Source: Paramecium tetraurelia
Lineage: Eukaryota
DNA length: 64,000 nt
Assembly (NCBI GenBank): GCA_000165425.1
Contig: CT868429.1
Coordinates: forward strand, 509,337 to 573,336
Direction of reading: 5' to 3'
Part shown: piece by piece, positions 1 to 14,000 of the stretch
Numbering within the stretch: the first letter of the stretch is position 1
Layout of the letters: the number at the start of each line of letters is the position of its first letter
Position numbers and translations under genes: made by a program
Notes under the pieces: model-generated
Database searches by the model: none
Told to the model about the DNA's origin: nothing
What the model saw: only the letters and a program-made list of their open reading frames with translations

Positions 1-518
1 ATCAGAATTAAGTTTCAAGGACGGGTTTTATCATCTGTTTCAGGAATCCTAACCTTAGCACATCCGATTCTGGTTTGCATCAGGAAATAAAGAAATCGAA
101 GACACAAACTTAAGATTAAAGGATACAGCCACTGATAAAACTGCAGTCTCATTTAGATGTGGATATGCAGGATTTGTTAGAGTCAATGATAATTAGATGA
201 TCACTTTCTACAATAGTTCAGTTTCAAGTGAGGCAAAAATCATTTGGACCCAAGCAGACATCTTATTGAATTGGGATACATAAGAAGTCCTGGTCTTTAT
301 GAATGAATCATATATGGGATCTGCCAGTTTCTACCATACAGAAGTATTGGAATATATTTAGATAGGTGACAAAAGTGAATGAAGTTATGCTTTATAATTT
401 AAAACCAGACACTACAAGTTGGTGGAAGAATATTAAAGTTTGCAAAGAGAGATGTGATAATTTCGAATTTACTCAAATTGTTGTGATATGCTTTGCATTA
501 TTCATTTTATTATTGTGA
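1..518 (+). CDS. 3' part of a hypothetical beta-rich surface protein with a hydrophobic C-terminus (possible GPI/TM anchor)
   Basis: Code-6 ORF open from the window start (SELSFKDGFYHLFQ...WTQADILLNWDTQEVLVFMN). Intron 344-365. Ends VVICFALFILLL-TGA at 516-518. Confidence 0.7.
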
Positions 519-549
519 ATAAATGATGATACTTTGTTAATTTTAATAA

Positions 550-1249
550 TCAGCATTTGCAATCATCGTCTTATTTCTTTTTATTTTATTATTAAGAGTA
601 ATTACCTAATTTAATACCACAATCCTATTAATATTCGAAATGTTATCATACTTCATTAGTAAACTCAATTTATTTCTTTTCGATTTTCTCAACTATGTCC
701 ATAGCTGTATTCTCGAACAATTAATCTATATTGTAATTGGTTTTTGCTGATGTCTCAATGTATTGCATTTTGTATTGATCTGCAAATGCCTTCGCTTGCA
801 CAGTTGATATTTTTCGACTTTGATTTATAAAATGTAATATATACTGGGATTCCAAATCAACTTTATTGCCCACCAGCACTATTTAGCAATTCTAGGCAGC
901 TTAATCATTGACTTCATTATACCACTTTAATACATTGTGGAATGATTCCTCGCTTGTGATATCGAAAACAAGAAATACTCCTATGGATCTACTCTATAGT
1001 CTCAATTCTATACCCTTTATAATAAGATCTCGTTATTGACTTGAAAGAATCCTATCCTGCTGTATCCCAAATTTATATTTTTATTGTCTTCTCATTCTTT
1101 ACAAAAATTTAAGATCCAAATTCAACACCTATTGTGGTGTCATGTTCATCTCGAAATTATTTCTCTGTGTATCTCAACAAAATGCAAGACTTTCCGACAC
1201 TTCCATCCCCTACTATAATAAATTTGAATAAATAGTGGTATTAAGCCAT
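550..1249 (-). CDS. Rab2-like small GTPase
   Basis: MAQYHYLFKFIIVGDGSVGKS, TIGVEFG, IWDTAGQ, GNKVDL, ETSAK and a C-terminal CKC prenylation motif; three short introns. Confidence 0.93.
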
Positions 1250-1310
1250 CTAAATTATTATTATTTATTGTAAGCATTCTCAAATTATCACACTTCTATA
1301 TTAAATTAAT

Positions 1311-1637
1311 ATGTAAATTATGAACAACGTTGCAGCTCTCCAAATCCCATGACACATTAAATTTATCAAAAGATTGAGTGTGAGGGCATGTAATTCAGCC
1401 TTCCTTGTGGAATTGAAAAGTAGGAAGAGAACTAATAAAGTTGAGATTGTCAACAAAAACTAAAGATTTAAATCTATATTTAATTTAATAACATCCCAAT
1501 ATAAATAATGAGATAGATAAATGATTGTATTCATAGAAGCAATGAGATATCCTCCTGAATTTAAAGAAATCATGAAAAATAGAGATTTCATTAATGTTTT
1601 TATGACTGATTAATGCTGTAAAAATCATTCGATTTGA
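1311..1637 (+). pseudogene. Probable decayed gene relic (start weakly resembles a kinase N-lobe)
   Basis: Coding-like composition; the frame from ATG 1311 reads MQIMNNVAALQIP*HIKFIKRLSVRACNSAFLVELK... with internal TGAs and no obvious rescuing introns. Confidence 0.3.
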
Positions 1638-1947
1638 TATTATAATAAACAAGATAGCTTTATACGGAATTATTACTAGTTTTTGTGGACCTCCATTTTA
1701 TTTGTATTTAAATCTATTCTATATTCAAAATTAGTTCAAATAATAGAGTTATTCTTATTTGACTTTACAATATAATATTAAATTAATATAATACTATTAA
1801 ATACTGAAGTATTTATAAGAACCCCCTTCAAAAATGAGTTTAAATGCATAACTCAAACACACTTCAATTCTAAAATTAAAAATAGAATTTGAACTATAGA
1901 ACACATAAGTGTCTCCTTATAAACAAAAAGAACTTTGAACAGCTGAA

Positions 1948-2214
1948 ATGAAATCCTAGAGAAGCTTAAAAATACTAAAAAAAATAAAAAAAATAACTCA
2001 AATCATTATAATTAAAGATGATGAACTTGGTTCTCCTCATAACACAAACTAATATTTGCTGACAAAGCATGAACAATTAAATATTCACTTAGAAAAGGAT
2101 TGTCAACCTCCAGGAAGCATGTTGCAATTCCTTTTGAACTGTGACAAGATCGTTTTCTCATCATCGGATGCTATCACTTTCGACAAAATCTCAGATGCTT
2201 TAAAAATTACTTGA
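1948..2214 (+). CDS. Small protein with a basic patch and SPHNTNQYL / PGSM motifs (HEXIM PYNT-like)
   Basis: MKSQRSLKILKKIKKITQIIIIKDDELGSPHNTNQYLLTKHE...PPGSMLQFL...TGA. An upstream in-frame ATG at 1834 is separated from it by one TGA at 1936-1938. Confidence 0.55.
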
Positions 2215-3082
2215 CATCTATATGAACAAAGTTATGAATATTTATACTTAAATATATATAAGATTATATGTACCATTCATTTAAAATATTATCTACACAT
2301 TTGAATATATGAAAGAATAAATAAAATATTCTAAGACAATATACCACAAATTTTAAAGATGAAATTCCATAAAATTTAAGATCTAACTATTTTCTCCCTC
2401 ATATGTTATTATACTTCAAGAACAAATAGTAAAATTATTAATATAAATCTTCAATTGATATCTTTACTTCAATATGTTAATTAGTTGACTATGTGCTAAA
2501 ATTTCTATTCATTTTTTATTATTTTTATATAGAATTAAATATTAATCAATTAGTTAATAAAGATTATATCTCTATCTTTTTTTGGTGATAATTATTGATT
2601 AATATATGATACTTCATTTAATATAGTATCTATTCTGTTCTTGAATACTTGAATTATTTATTTTTAATATTTTCTTTTGGTTTATTTATTAAAGAATATA
2701 TATAACTTCTAAATTATTGAAATTTTTAATCTATAGCTCAAATAGTATTCATTTTCTAATAAATTATTAAATAAAAGCAAGTTGAAGAGAACCTAGAACG
2801 AAATACTAGATTTCATAAGAATAATGAAAAGTAATAAGTTTTTGGTTTGGACTTATTTTATCAAACAAGTTTTAAAAATTATTATATTGTTGATTGTATT
2901 AAATAAATGTTATATTTAGAACCTTATGAGAGTCTAAGAGCATCGACAGAAATTTACTTAATAATAATGTAAAATTTATTCATTGATATGAATGAAATAA
3001 GTAATCCAAATCAGAAGATGAATATTGAAAGTCATATAATTATCATTATAAATATGAATATATATAAAAATTAAATCAAAAA

Positions 3083-5170
3083 TCATACTGAAGTTAGTTT
3101 ACTATGTTATTGAAGTTAATTTCTTCTTTGTTTGTTAAATCTTTGTTAGATTAATAGCGAAACAATTAAATTAGATTTGTATTTTATGGGTTTTTCATTA
3201 TTCCTAATTATTTGGATACCTTTATTGCTCCATCACTTTAAGTTATTCTTTCTAATAAATAGATAATCTATTATTCAGAATATCATTTACTTTTTATTCA
3301 TTATCATTAACATTGTTGTAGATTAAAATAGCTATTACACTAATTGCTTCAACAAATTAGCGCTTATCAATTGTCTCAGTACTATTTAGAGATGCAATAG
3401 CTTTGAAAACATGCATAAGCTATCCTTTAGATACCATAGCATTTGCTAATTCAAAATCTGAACAAAATTTCATGTATCCTGAAAGTGTCATTAAGTCTTT
3501 TGTATAGTGGTTATAATATGGTTCAAAATGTTCTTGCATAATTTCAAATAGTTTATTCTAAAGTATAATTATTATGTAATACTATTCTTGGATCATCTAA
3601 TATCATCATCAAAATCTGCAAAATATACTCTTGTTTTTCTATTCTTATTTATGTTTCAAGTGGTATCAAGAATTGCTCAATTAATCCGCTTATATCATTG
3701 CCATTAAACTTTTCTGCTATCATTTACAATGAATTATAGAAATTTATAAAATCCATCTTGCCGTTTTAATTATCATTGTCATATAATTTATTGACTTTAA
3801 ATTTCGGACTTTTGGTTGAATCCAATTTCTTTTTAGGTGTTGATTAAATATAAAACATATCAGCATCTACTTAAGTGATCAAACTTCCAATAATACCACA
3901 ATTTTAGAGAAGTTTTTTATATTTTATACTTTTTAAGTTTACTAAATTGATGGGTTCTCCTATTTATGAGTAATATTCAAATATATTTCTTAATTCTTTT
4001 TCATAAGGTATTTAAGAATTAATTTTGTTTAATTTGTTATCTTCAACTAATTAGGATTGCTTTAAATTAGAATTAAATTATTATTATTAAGATTAATAAA
4101 CAGTAGAAATTCTACTCTACTTTGCAGAATTCACTCTGGTCAATCCCATTACTAATTAAGTTTACTCATTCTTTGTTTAATAATTTTACTTTGAAAAGTA
4201 TTGAAATCCCAGTGAATTTTCCATTCTTTCTAGTAATTAAATAAATAAATCAAATCCACTTTGATTGTCTTCTTATACTTAATGAAATGAAATAATAATT
4301 AAACTCTCTACAAACTTTGAGAAATTAAATAAAAACTTTCCATCATTCTTTAAATTTAATATGGAATCTCTGTGGAACAAATCAAAAAATATCATCTAAG
4401 CCTTTGTCTATGTAATAATTAGAGGAATTATTTCAAATTATTATAGAAAATGCATGTATTAGCTTTAAATTTGAGAGACTTTTTAACTCTAATCAGAAAA
4501 TATATACCCATGTATTTTACACAATAATCCTTAAACCTGAGATATGATTTCTAAGAATTATTCGTCAATTTAACTTCGACAAGCCTCTATTCTCTTTAAA
4601 TCATAGCCAAAATCTGTTTAATCATTTATTTTTTCATAGAGTTTTGATAAATGATTTTTATAAAGTAACACAAAAGACTTTGATTACTCTGGACTCTTAT
4701 ATAATTTAATAGCTATTTTCACAAGTAGATCTTTAAATTAGTCTAAGGTAAGAGTTTCTGTATTTTTTGTAGTTTAGAAATATAAGATATCGAGATCTTT
4801 GCTAGTTATTTCTAATCTGTAAAATAGTATAAATACCTTATGATAATATCTCAGCATCCGCCATAGATTTAATAAATTTACTTGATTTTAAATATTAAAT
4901 ACTTGTTTTATTGCCAAATTAGACATAAAACATGAATATTATTCGAATATGCTAAACGATTACAGATTCCTGTTGTGCTTTTTGCTTTGAAACTTGGGAT
5001 TGACTTAGCTTTTTTTCTTGTTACTAAAAGTAAGGTTTCTCTTTGATTTATTAAGGATTGGGGCGAACTATTGGAGGACCTATTCGAATGTCCTCGTATT
5101 TAGGTAATGGGTTAATGCCTTTGTGATTAAAAGCAGCTAAAAGTGCCGATTATTTGAGTGAACTAGACAT
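3083..5170 (-). CDS. Protein with two p25-alpha/TPPP-like repeats (putative microtubule-associated)
   Basis: Repeat 1 IFMFYVQFGNKTSIQYLKSSKFIKSMADAEIL...DLDILYF; repeat 2 FEYYSQIGEPINLVNLKSIKYKKLLQNCGII...DADMFYI; short introns. Confidence 0.7.
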
Positions 5171-5593
5171 AGTAGTTAACTGCAATAAAAATAATATTTA
5201 AATATTAATATAAATAAATTTACTCCTATTTTTAAACATCATTAATGACTAAAGTTTCTTTATTTTCAAAAGTAGAATCTAATTTTGGCTTTACTTTTAT
5301 ACCTTTCTGAGTTCTTAATACATAATTACTAATTAAAGTGAAAATATTTTAAACTTATATTTCCAGTGTGATTACATTCTCTAATTAATTGGTTTCTCAA
5401 AAGGGATTATAAATTAGAAGTTTAATAGAAATTTAAATTTCTTGTTTAATTAATTATATAAACCAAACTACTTGAAGTGGATGAGTTGGCTTAAAAGAAT
5501 TTAAATGATGTCCTTTTTTATAGAATTTCTATATTTCTTGAATATTTAGTGTTATAGAAAAAATAATATAATAAAAATTTTTATAAATATTGG

Positions 5594-7590
5594 ATGTTTG
5601 AGTTAAATCCAAATGAATTAAAGTCATATCAAGAGAAATATGATAAGTTAATGAAGGCTAAGGTGACTCTGCATTTTAAACAAACCAAAAAAATTTTGAT
5701 TGGGCAATTTTCAGTCACGGATGCTCAGGCAGATTCTATTTTAAAAAAAGTATTCTCTAGTTAAAGTTCTGATGAGCTGAATAAGGAAGGATTCTTTATG
5801 GCTCTGAGATATGTTTAATGCTTGCAAAATAAAGTGGACATAGAAACTTGTAATATCAATACAATTAAATTGCAATTTCCCCTTAGAGTCAATTGTAAAT
5901 CAAGTTTGAAGAAGTCATTCTAAACTCCTTCCCATGAAGATATATTGGAGAAGTCAATGATTGCTCTGCAGAATCTTTAGAATTTAGTAAAAGTTCCATC
6001 AACTTAAGAGAGGTAAAAAAGTCAAATTCATACATAAACAAGGGATAATCAAAATTAATAAATACAAAAAGAATTAGAAAATATTGATTTGGAGAAAAAT
6101 ATGATTAATTTAGGAGGAATTCATTCTTTTCAATAGCAGATAAATTAGCCAAAAGCAGAAAACAGCATAATTCAGCCTTTTTTTGGTTATGAACAATAAA
6201 TAATTAAGACCAATTTAGAAAGCTAAGCTTAAATGATGAAGAGTGAATAACACCTCATTACTGAGTTTGGAGTCATCGATGTAGGTTAAAATAAAAATAA
6301 AAGTTAATAACAACAGTCTTTGGAGGATCCTTTTAAGACCAATGGAATGCCTTACGACAATGATCAGACTTAGATGTAAGTAGCAAACGCAGTACCCAAA
6401 GAAATTAAGGAAAATATACCTGATGTGATTGAAATTGATGAAGATGAAGAAGAAGTAATTTTGAAGCATGAGGATTCAAAAGATATCTATGTATGGATTT
6501 CAGGTTATTAATAATTTAAAGATGCACCCTTCACTTAAACTTATTATTCATACAAGGTTTGTTCTGAAATACTTACTGACCCGCTTAATGGTTCATATAC
6601 TAAGTTTTAAGTTTGGAGGAGATACACAGATTTTAAGATGCTACAATAGTATTTTACATAGACTAAATTGGGAGATATAATACCAAGCTTACCAGAAAAG
6701 GAAGGGGTGTTAGCTAGTCTAATGAATATGGTGGTAGAAAACCCTGAGTTTATTTCTTAAAGGTAGGAGCAATTACAATTGTTCTTGTAATATTCGACAA
6801 GGTATAAAGATGATTAGATATTACTGTAATTTTTAAGTAATGAGAAGAAATTTGATTTAATCTTGAAAGAACTCAGGGTCATGAAGGGAGACAATTATGA
6901 TGAGGACACATTTTTACCGGATCCTGATGAATTCACAAGAAAATAAAAATGGAAGGAACTTATTGCTGGAAAATAAATAATTGAATTGTTTGATTATTTC
7001 AAGGGGAAAAAAGAAATTGAAGCAAAATTCTAGGAAGAATATCGTTAAGTGCAATAGCAATTTAAAATATTGGAGAATAAAAAGTTAGAATTAAGCAAAT
7101 TCAAATAGTGTTTAAATTAATTTTATGATCCAATCGATAAGTTTTCTTCTAGTAGTTAGTTATAATAAACATAAATTATATCTGAAGATAATATTCGGTA
7201 GGTATTAGAGACTTAAAAGCTATTTTAAGCTAATTGTAAGTATTTTATTATCTATCTTTAGATTCTAAACATTAAAATCTTATTATGAATTAAGTTACAC
7301 AGATTGAGTTTTAATTGAACAGTTTGACTTATAGTTATGAATAAATATAGAAACAAATCTACAAATGGTTTGACGAAAAGAAAAGATTAAGAGAGGAAAA
7401 AAAGTCAAGCAAGTACTCATTATTAATATCTATTTATAGATTAGAGATACAAAAGAATGAGCTTGAGGAACAGAGATTATAGTTTGTGATTTCTAAAACC
7501 AATGAGACTTTGATAAAATTGGTCAAATAAATTACTGAGGATTTGAAAGGACTCTTAAAAGATTTTGTGGAGGAATTGACCCAGATTTGA
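5594..7590 (+). CDS. PX-domain sorting nexin with an EH/EF-like N-terminus and a helical (BAR-like) C-terminus
   Basis: PX core YYSYKV...VWRRYTDFKMLQ...IIPSLPEK...QRQEQLQLFL; N-terminal LNKEGFFMALRYV; ends with TGA at 7588-7590. Confidence 0.8.
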
Positions 7591-8053
7591 AAATTTGACA
7601 AATTAATTCTGTTTTTATTATTTTAACTAAAAATGATGAGAATAAAATCTATAGTCTTTATGATATGTTAAATCTTGACGGATGAGCAGATTTAATGAAA
7701 TGACAAGTGGGATACAAATGGAATTTTCAAATAAACCGTTAATTCTATGTTGTTATGATTTGGATATATTGGATAATGATCTAAAATCAAAATTTATCGA
7801 CATAAGAAACATCAATATAATCTACTTTTCATATTGTTGTAATTGCAACAAAAATTAAAAGGGATGTATTAAGAGAGCGGGTATGATGTATTTTGAATTT
7901 GTGTTCTTATTTCAGGAATTCGAGTAAAAAAAGAATTTGAATTTAAATTCGGAATTGATATTGAGTTGATCATAATTAAATAGTTACAGAAATGATTTAG
8001 TATTTTTAAACATAAAAAGAATGAATAAACAAATAAATTTTTAAATAATATTA

Positions 8054-11000
8054 ATGTTACTTCTATTTACTATTACCATTATTTAGTTTGTGCCTACAGC
8101 GAGAAACCAGATCATCTCGTAAGTTAAATTGTATATTCAATAGACAACAGATAGAAATGGGATGCAAGACAGCTCAGAACGGGGCTTGTTAAGAATTGTG
8201 CCCATTAGGATAATTTGATTGTTAGAACTATAAGATCAAATGTGAGTATGGATACTTCCTATTATTTGGATCTTCTTGTGTACCATGGTAAGAACAGAAA
8301 TCTATGTAGCCCTTATTAAAAGGTGATTGATAGCTTCACTTTATATTGCATGGATTGTGTAGAGCACCCTTATACTTGGTGGAGTAATAGAACTTGCTCG
8401 TATGAGTATTCGATCGAAAGCGGAGATTATATGAAGGGGACATATATTCGAAAAACAAAGGAATACACGGAATTGTATTTTATTGGTCCTTCAACTTCTA
8501 GTGGAGTGAACTTGGACTCAATTCCAAGAGACGTAATTGTTTGATATAAGTATATAGGTGTAATTCTAATACGAAACTTACATCTGTTCAGGTTGTAAGT
8601 AATTCTGCTATCCAGGGATGACAGAAAATTGTAATAGTATTAGTTCTCCTTATGCGGAGGACAGTGCAATGGGAATTGAGTGTTTATTGACTTATGAGTT
8701 CAAGAATCAGTTGTGCATTAGTTGTCCACCAGATTGTTTAAAGTGTTCGAACGGATAATGCACATAGTGTAATGATGGATATATGATAAAAAATGGTTTA
8801 TGTTAAAAATGTCAAGATGGTTGTTTGAATTGTTTTGTAGTGCAGTTGTCAACTGTATGCACGAAATGTAAAGAAGGAATGGTGGCTTCATTAGATTAGA
8901 AACAATGCGAATATTGTGGGAATGAATGCAAGAGATGCGAGTATGTATCTTATTCTTCAAATGTTCAATATCATTATCCAACAAGGACAATGATTAAGAT
9001 AGAAGAGATAAACAAATAAAAAGAATACATTAAAAGGTGTAGACAGTGTTCCACTTAGAGTTTTGTAAGTCATAATGGAATGGACTGTGTGACATGTCAA
9101 ATACCAAGATGTGATTTGTGTTATTACAACATCAGAGCAGATGTAACTACAATGGATTACGATTTTGAACCAAGTAAGTCTAATGATCTTGTATCAAATT
9201 TATTATGTTTCAAATGTGTCAGCGGTTATACTGTCAGTGCTGATAAATAAAGTTGTACATTGTCAGTTCCTGCTTTAGATCAATGTGATAGGAAATACAC
9301 AGATGTCACATTAAAATGCAGACAATGCAACAGTAATATAATACTCAACCAATTCAGTAATACTTGTGCTAGTGCTTGTACATCCTACATAAGTTATTGT
9401 TCAAATTGCTTTTCTTATAAGAGTTTGGATCAAACATAATACACTGATGGGTCAGGTTAAATATTCACAAAGGCTGCTCAAACACTGTACTAATGCATTC
9501 AATGTGGTGATGGATATTATCCAAACATCTTTACTGGTTTTTGTGATGCCTGTCCCAATAATTGTCAAAAATGTTGGCAATATTCTCAAACCTATAACTT
9601 TACAGATTACCTATTTAAAATGCAACCAATCAGCAATTCACTAAAGGAGACTTTCTTAAATGACATCCCCATTAATATATAATGTACATCATGTAATTTT
9701 GGCTATCAATTGTATGGAAACGAATGTTTAGGTTGCAGTAGCAATTGTTAAGTTGAGAATCAAGTAGTTAGTGTTGACTAGATTAATAGTTGTGTCTTTA
9801 AATCAACCTATGCTTTCTGCGGAGAATGTTATGATACATTTAATGATAGATCCTTGGTCTAAGATAAATCTGAATGCATCGAGTGTCCATTAAATTGTTT
9901 AGCCTGTAGAGAGAGATTACAATATGAAATCACTAACTATTATTTCAATCCTGATAATCCCAACTTACTCCAATACGGTAGATTGTGTTACAAAGTACAG
10001 ACTATGACTATGTCCAATCTTCAAAGTGTTTCATATAATTCTTATTTGAATCTACCTATCTTGTGCATCTATTAGCAAGCAGCTACTTCTAATACCAACA
10101 GATGTCGTCATACTTCCGAAATCACTGTCCATGTATATTGCAACGATGATGAGTATTATTCTGTCTATCAAACCTTAACTGATGATGAAAAATTATATCA
10201 TTACAGCTTAAACGATTACTATTATATAGACATTGAGGAAGTTGCATCAATAGAATTTACAGATTTGGAGACTTTTCAATTATACTAAATTATGAATTAG
10301 GCACCATTAGAAGAATTGACTCTCAACATATTATTTACTAATTCTATTGATTACTAATGCACATTTAAAAAGTCAACAAAGTTAGTAACAGAATTCCATA
10401 GAAATGTATATGCTTTGACAAAATTCTAAGTCAACATTCTAAGTGCTCATAATGTGCCGATCACATTTTAAATAACCAACAATTTCTATTTGTAGGATCT
10501 CCCTTTTGTGATGATCAAAAATATCAACATCTATTCCTATCTGAATAATGACTTTGGATTAGTGATAACTAATAGCGTTTTATCAACTTATTTGTAAATA
10601 CAGTATTGCAAATTAGGATATCAAAATTCCAAATCTTAGGAGTCCCAAGTCTTTACTTTAAAATTACAAAGCATCAATTACTTAGAATTATTGGATGTTT
10701 ACATCTAAAACCTATTGTATGTGGATTAAATAGATATTAATCAGGAAAAGCTTTAGAGCTACAACTTTTAGTTCACTAATCTCTATTTTTCTATGAATTA
10801 ATTTATTAATAATACACTCTTTCCATTGACACCTTTTAGTACAGTAAATATATACAATTTAGTAATTTCAGATTGCATTTTCAACGGAACATCATTGTTT
10901 ATTAATCAGCAAGAATATCAAATATTTGTTTCCATGTTTACAATTTCTTAATTGACTATAAAACAGACATAGTTTTATTAATCATCTAGTATAATTAAAT

Positions 11001-14000
11001 CTAGCTACATCTCCTTCTTATCCATTAATTAATTAGACATAGTAGGAAATAGATTTAACGATAGTGAATTATTCATATGCAATACTTACTCTATATAAAA
11101 TGTTTACATTTATATGAATGTCTTTACAAACGGTTCTCTCATATTTACAACTTCTGATCAAGTTCCAGATTAATAATAATTTTATGCAGTAATCAATAAT
11201 TATGCATTCGAAATATCAAACCTAAAATTTGTGGAGAATACTTGTTACAACATCAATTGTTTGATGCTCATATAAACACCATACAATTAGTTAGAATTAA
11301 AATAAAATTTGGTGATGAAGAACTTCTACATTTATAATAACTATGTAGAAATCTCCTTAATTCAAAGATTATCAGTTTCATCTGCAATCATCAGAGTGAG
11401 TCAAATTAACAGAGCCAAATTAACTAATATTGTCATTGACACTTAATTGGCTATTACTGTAATTTCCTTTTAAGACATAGCATCTTTGGAAGTGTCCAAA
11501 TTCTTATGTGATTATTCCAAGAATATTATTGGTGAGAAAGACACTAGTCCTCGTACTAAAATAGTTAATAATACTATTATTCAATATCCATTTAATAACA
11601 AATTACCTAGCACTACCTCTTGTTCATATGAGAAATAATCATTCGGCAGTTATAATGGATATTGTTTAGATGTCTAGGATTTCTTATTTGGAGTCAAAAT
11701 ATCGGATGCTTCACTCAAAGGACTATTAGGAATCGATAACGGATTCATTTATATCTAATCATATGAGTCTCTGATGAAATAAACTAGTAGCTTAATTGTT
11801 TAGACAGGCACTAACAACGCATCTGAATTTTTCTATGGTTACACTAATGAAATCATCATCTTAGAGAACATCAATATATTCAATACATCAATTTCAGTAT
11901 CTAATCCAGTAACTGACATTGGGAGTATCATTATTGAGTCTGATTAGCTTTAAACAATACTTATCAATAATGTTTAAATGATTGGCAATCATTTACATCA
12001 ATTAGTTGAGTCTGTCACCATGGAAATATCTACATGCTTTACAATACTTAGTCCAAATGGAGTTGTGAGCATTCAAAATATGGTTGCATAGAATAATAGA
12101 GCCACTTAATCACAATATGGTATCAACATCATAAAATGTCAATCATTAAAATTATTAACCTCATTGTTCAACTACACAAATATCATGGAACCTAATTGGC
12201 TAGACAGATTCGATGAATATCAAGTGAGTACGTATTCTTAGTTGTTGGGCAAATTGGCCATTGATTCCGAGGGTTCAAACATTTACATCCAATGTAAAAA
12301 ACTAGAACTCGATTAAATCAAATTTATGAATGGCAAATCTCTTATGGGAACAGCCTTCTACTTTTTAGGTCAAGATCTAGCTTCTATTGTAATTAGCAAT
12401 ACTGAATTTACTAATCTATCTACATCATTGGAATATGTTGATTAGGCATATGGAGGTTCGTTGTATCTAAATCTATAGAAATCCAGTTATAATATTTAAT
12501 TGAACAGAGTCACTATGAATCATAGTGTATCAAGAGTTGCTGGAGGATGTATTTATATCTAAACATCCATGTATGAACAAGCAATATCTATTAATGACAG
12601 TTAATTTATTGAATGTACATCCCTACAGAGTTCATTAATCGATATATCATTTTCAGTGTCTTCATTAGTATTGCCAATAGTTAGTATTTCTAATACAAAT
12701 ATAATAAATAATAATTTTGAAGAGTTTTTAAAACAATTAGTGGATATCAGTTATGAGGAAGAGCAATTAATAATATCTGGGATAAGTTTAATTAAATAGA
12801 ATTATGGTATCTTAGAAATTCAATCCAGCTCATTTATTGATATATAGATTCAAGGTTTGATGGTGCTTATGAATATGTTTACAGTGATTCTACAAGATTT
12901 AACAATTAAGGATATTACAATATTTACGTAATCTTTAATAGAGATCACTCATTACACTAAGTAGTCGGCGGTAGAATTACAGAATATAGTTATTACCAAT
13001 ATTACTGAATAGAAAGTATTGACAGAAGAATAATTTACATACAAATTCAATAGCTAATGTTAATCAATTTCCTCATTGTAAGAGCTGGCCAAAATTTAGA
13101 CTTGTGAAGAGCAAGAAGATTTAAGATCTTTTTATTAGGATATATATGATTACAGATAAATATCATAAACCAAATTGGATAATACAACATTATACAGTTA
13201 TTATGACTCATTATCTTATTCAGATAAATACGTATTGAATGAAATTAAATTGAACACTTATAGAGAAATCAAATCTTTCTATTCATCAGCCAATGTACTT
13301 ATGGTGGATAACACAATAAAATAATCAGAATATGGTTTATGTTACTTCACCAATTTATAATCTACTTACTCAATTGATACCAATCCTTAATTCATTAAAT
13401 TAAGCAATGTTAAATCTAACAACTTCATCAATATGATTTCAGTTACCATCAAAAATACTTACTGCAATAGATGCAAATAAGGACTGATATTAATCAATAA
13501 TTACGACTTGTCAGCCTACCATACAACAAATATATTTGGAATGACCTGTTAAAATAACACAATTGGTTACTTTGGTTGTTTAGTCCTAACCACTCAATAA
13601 ATACCGGAATTCAATATTACTTATAGTAATAGGATCTTATAGAGTTCCACTTCCACTCAAAAGTATAACATAAAACTGCAGCAAAGTCGATTTTAAAGTA
13701 ATTCTGCTTAAATAGGAGCAGCCATATCTGTTGTTGGATTGAGTGCATAAATAACTGATACTCAATTTATGGATAACAAAGCAACATTGATTGGTGGAGG
13801 TATGGCATTTGTTTACAATTCAGAAAATTAGAATATCTTAGACTAATTTAACAACAATTTCATTAATAATGATGCTCAATTAGGAAGTGCTGTTTACATG
13901 ATGAATAATAATCTAAATAACCTTGAAAATTCATAGATTTTCATTCTCCATAACACCAATACATAAATAGAACAAATACCAGAAAAGTTAAGTTTGATGA

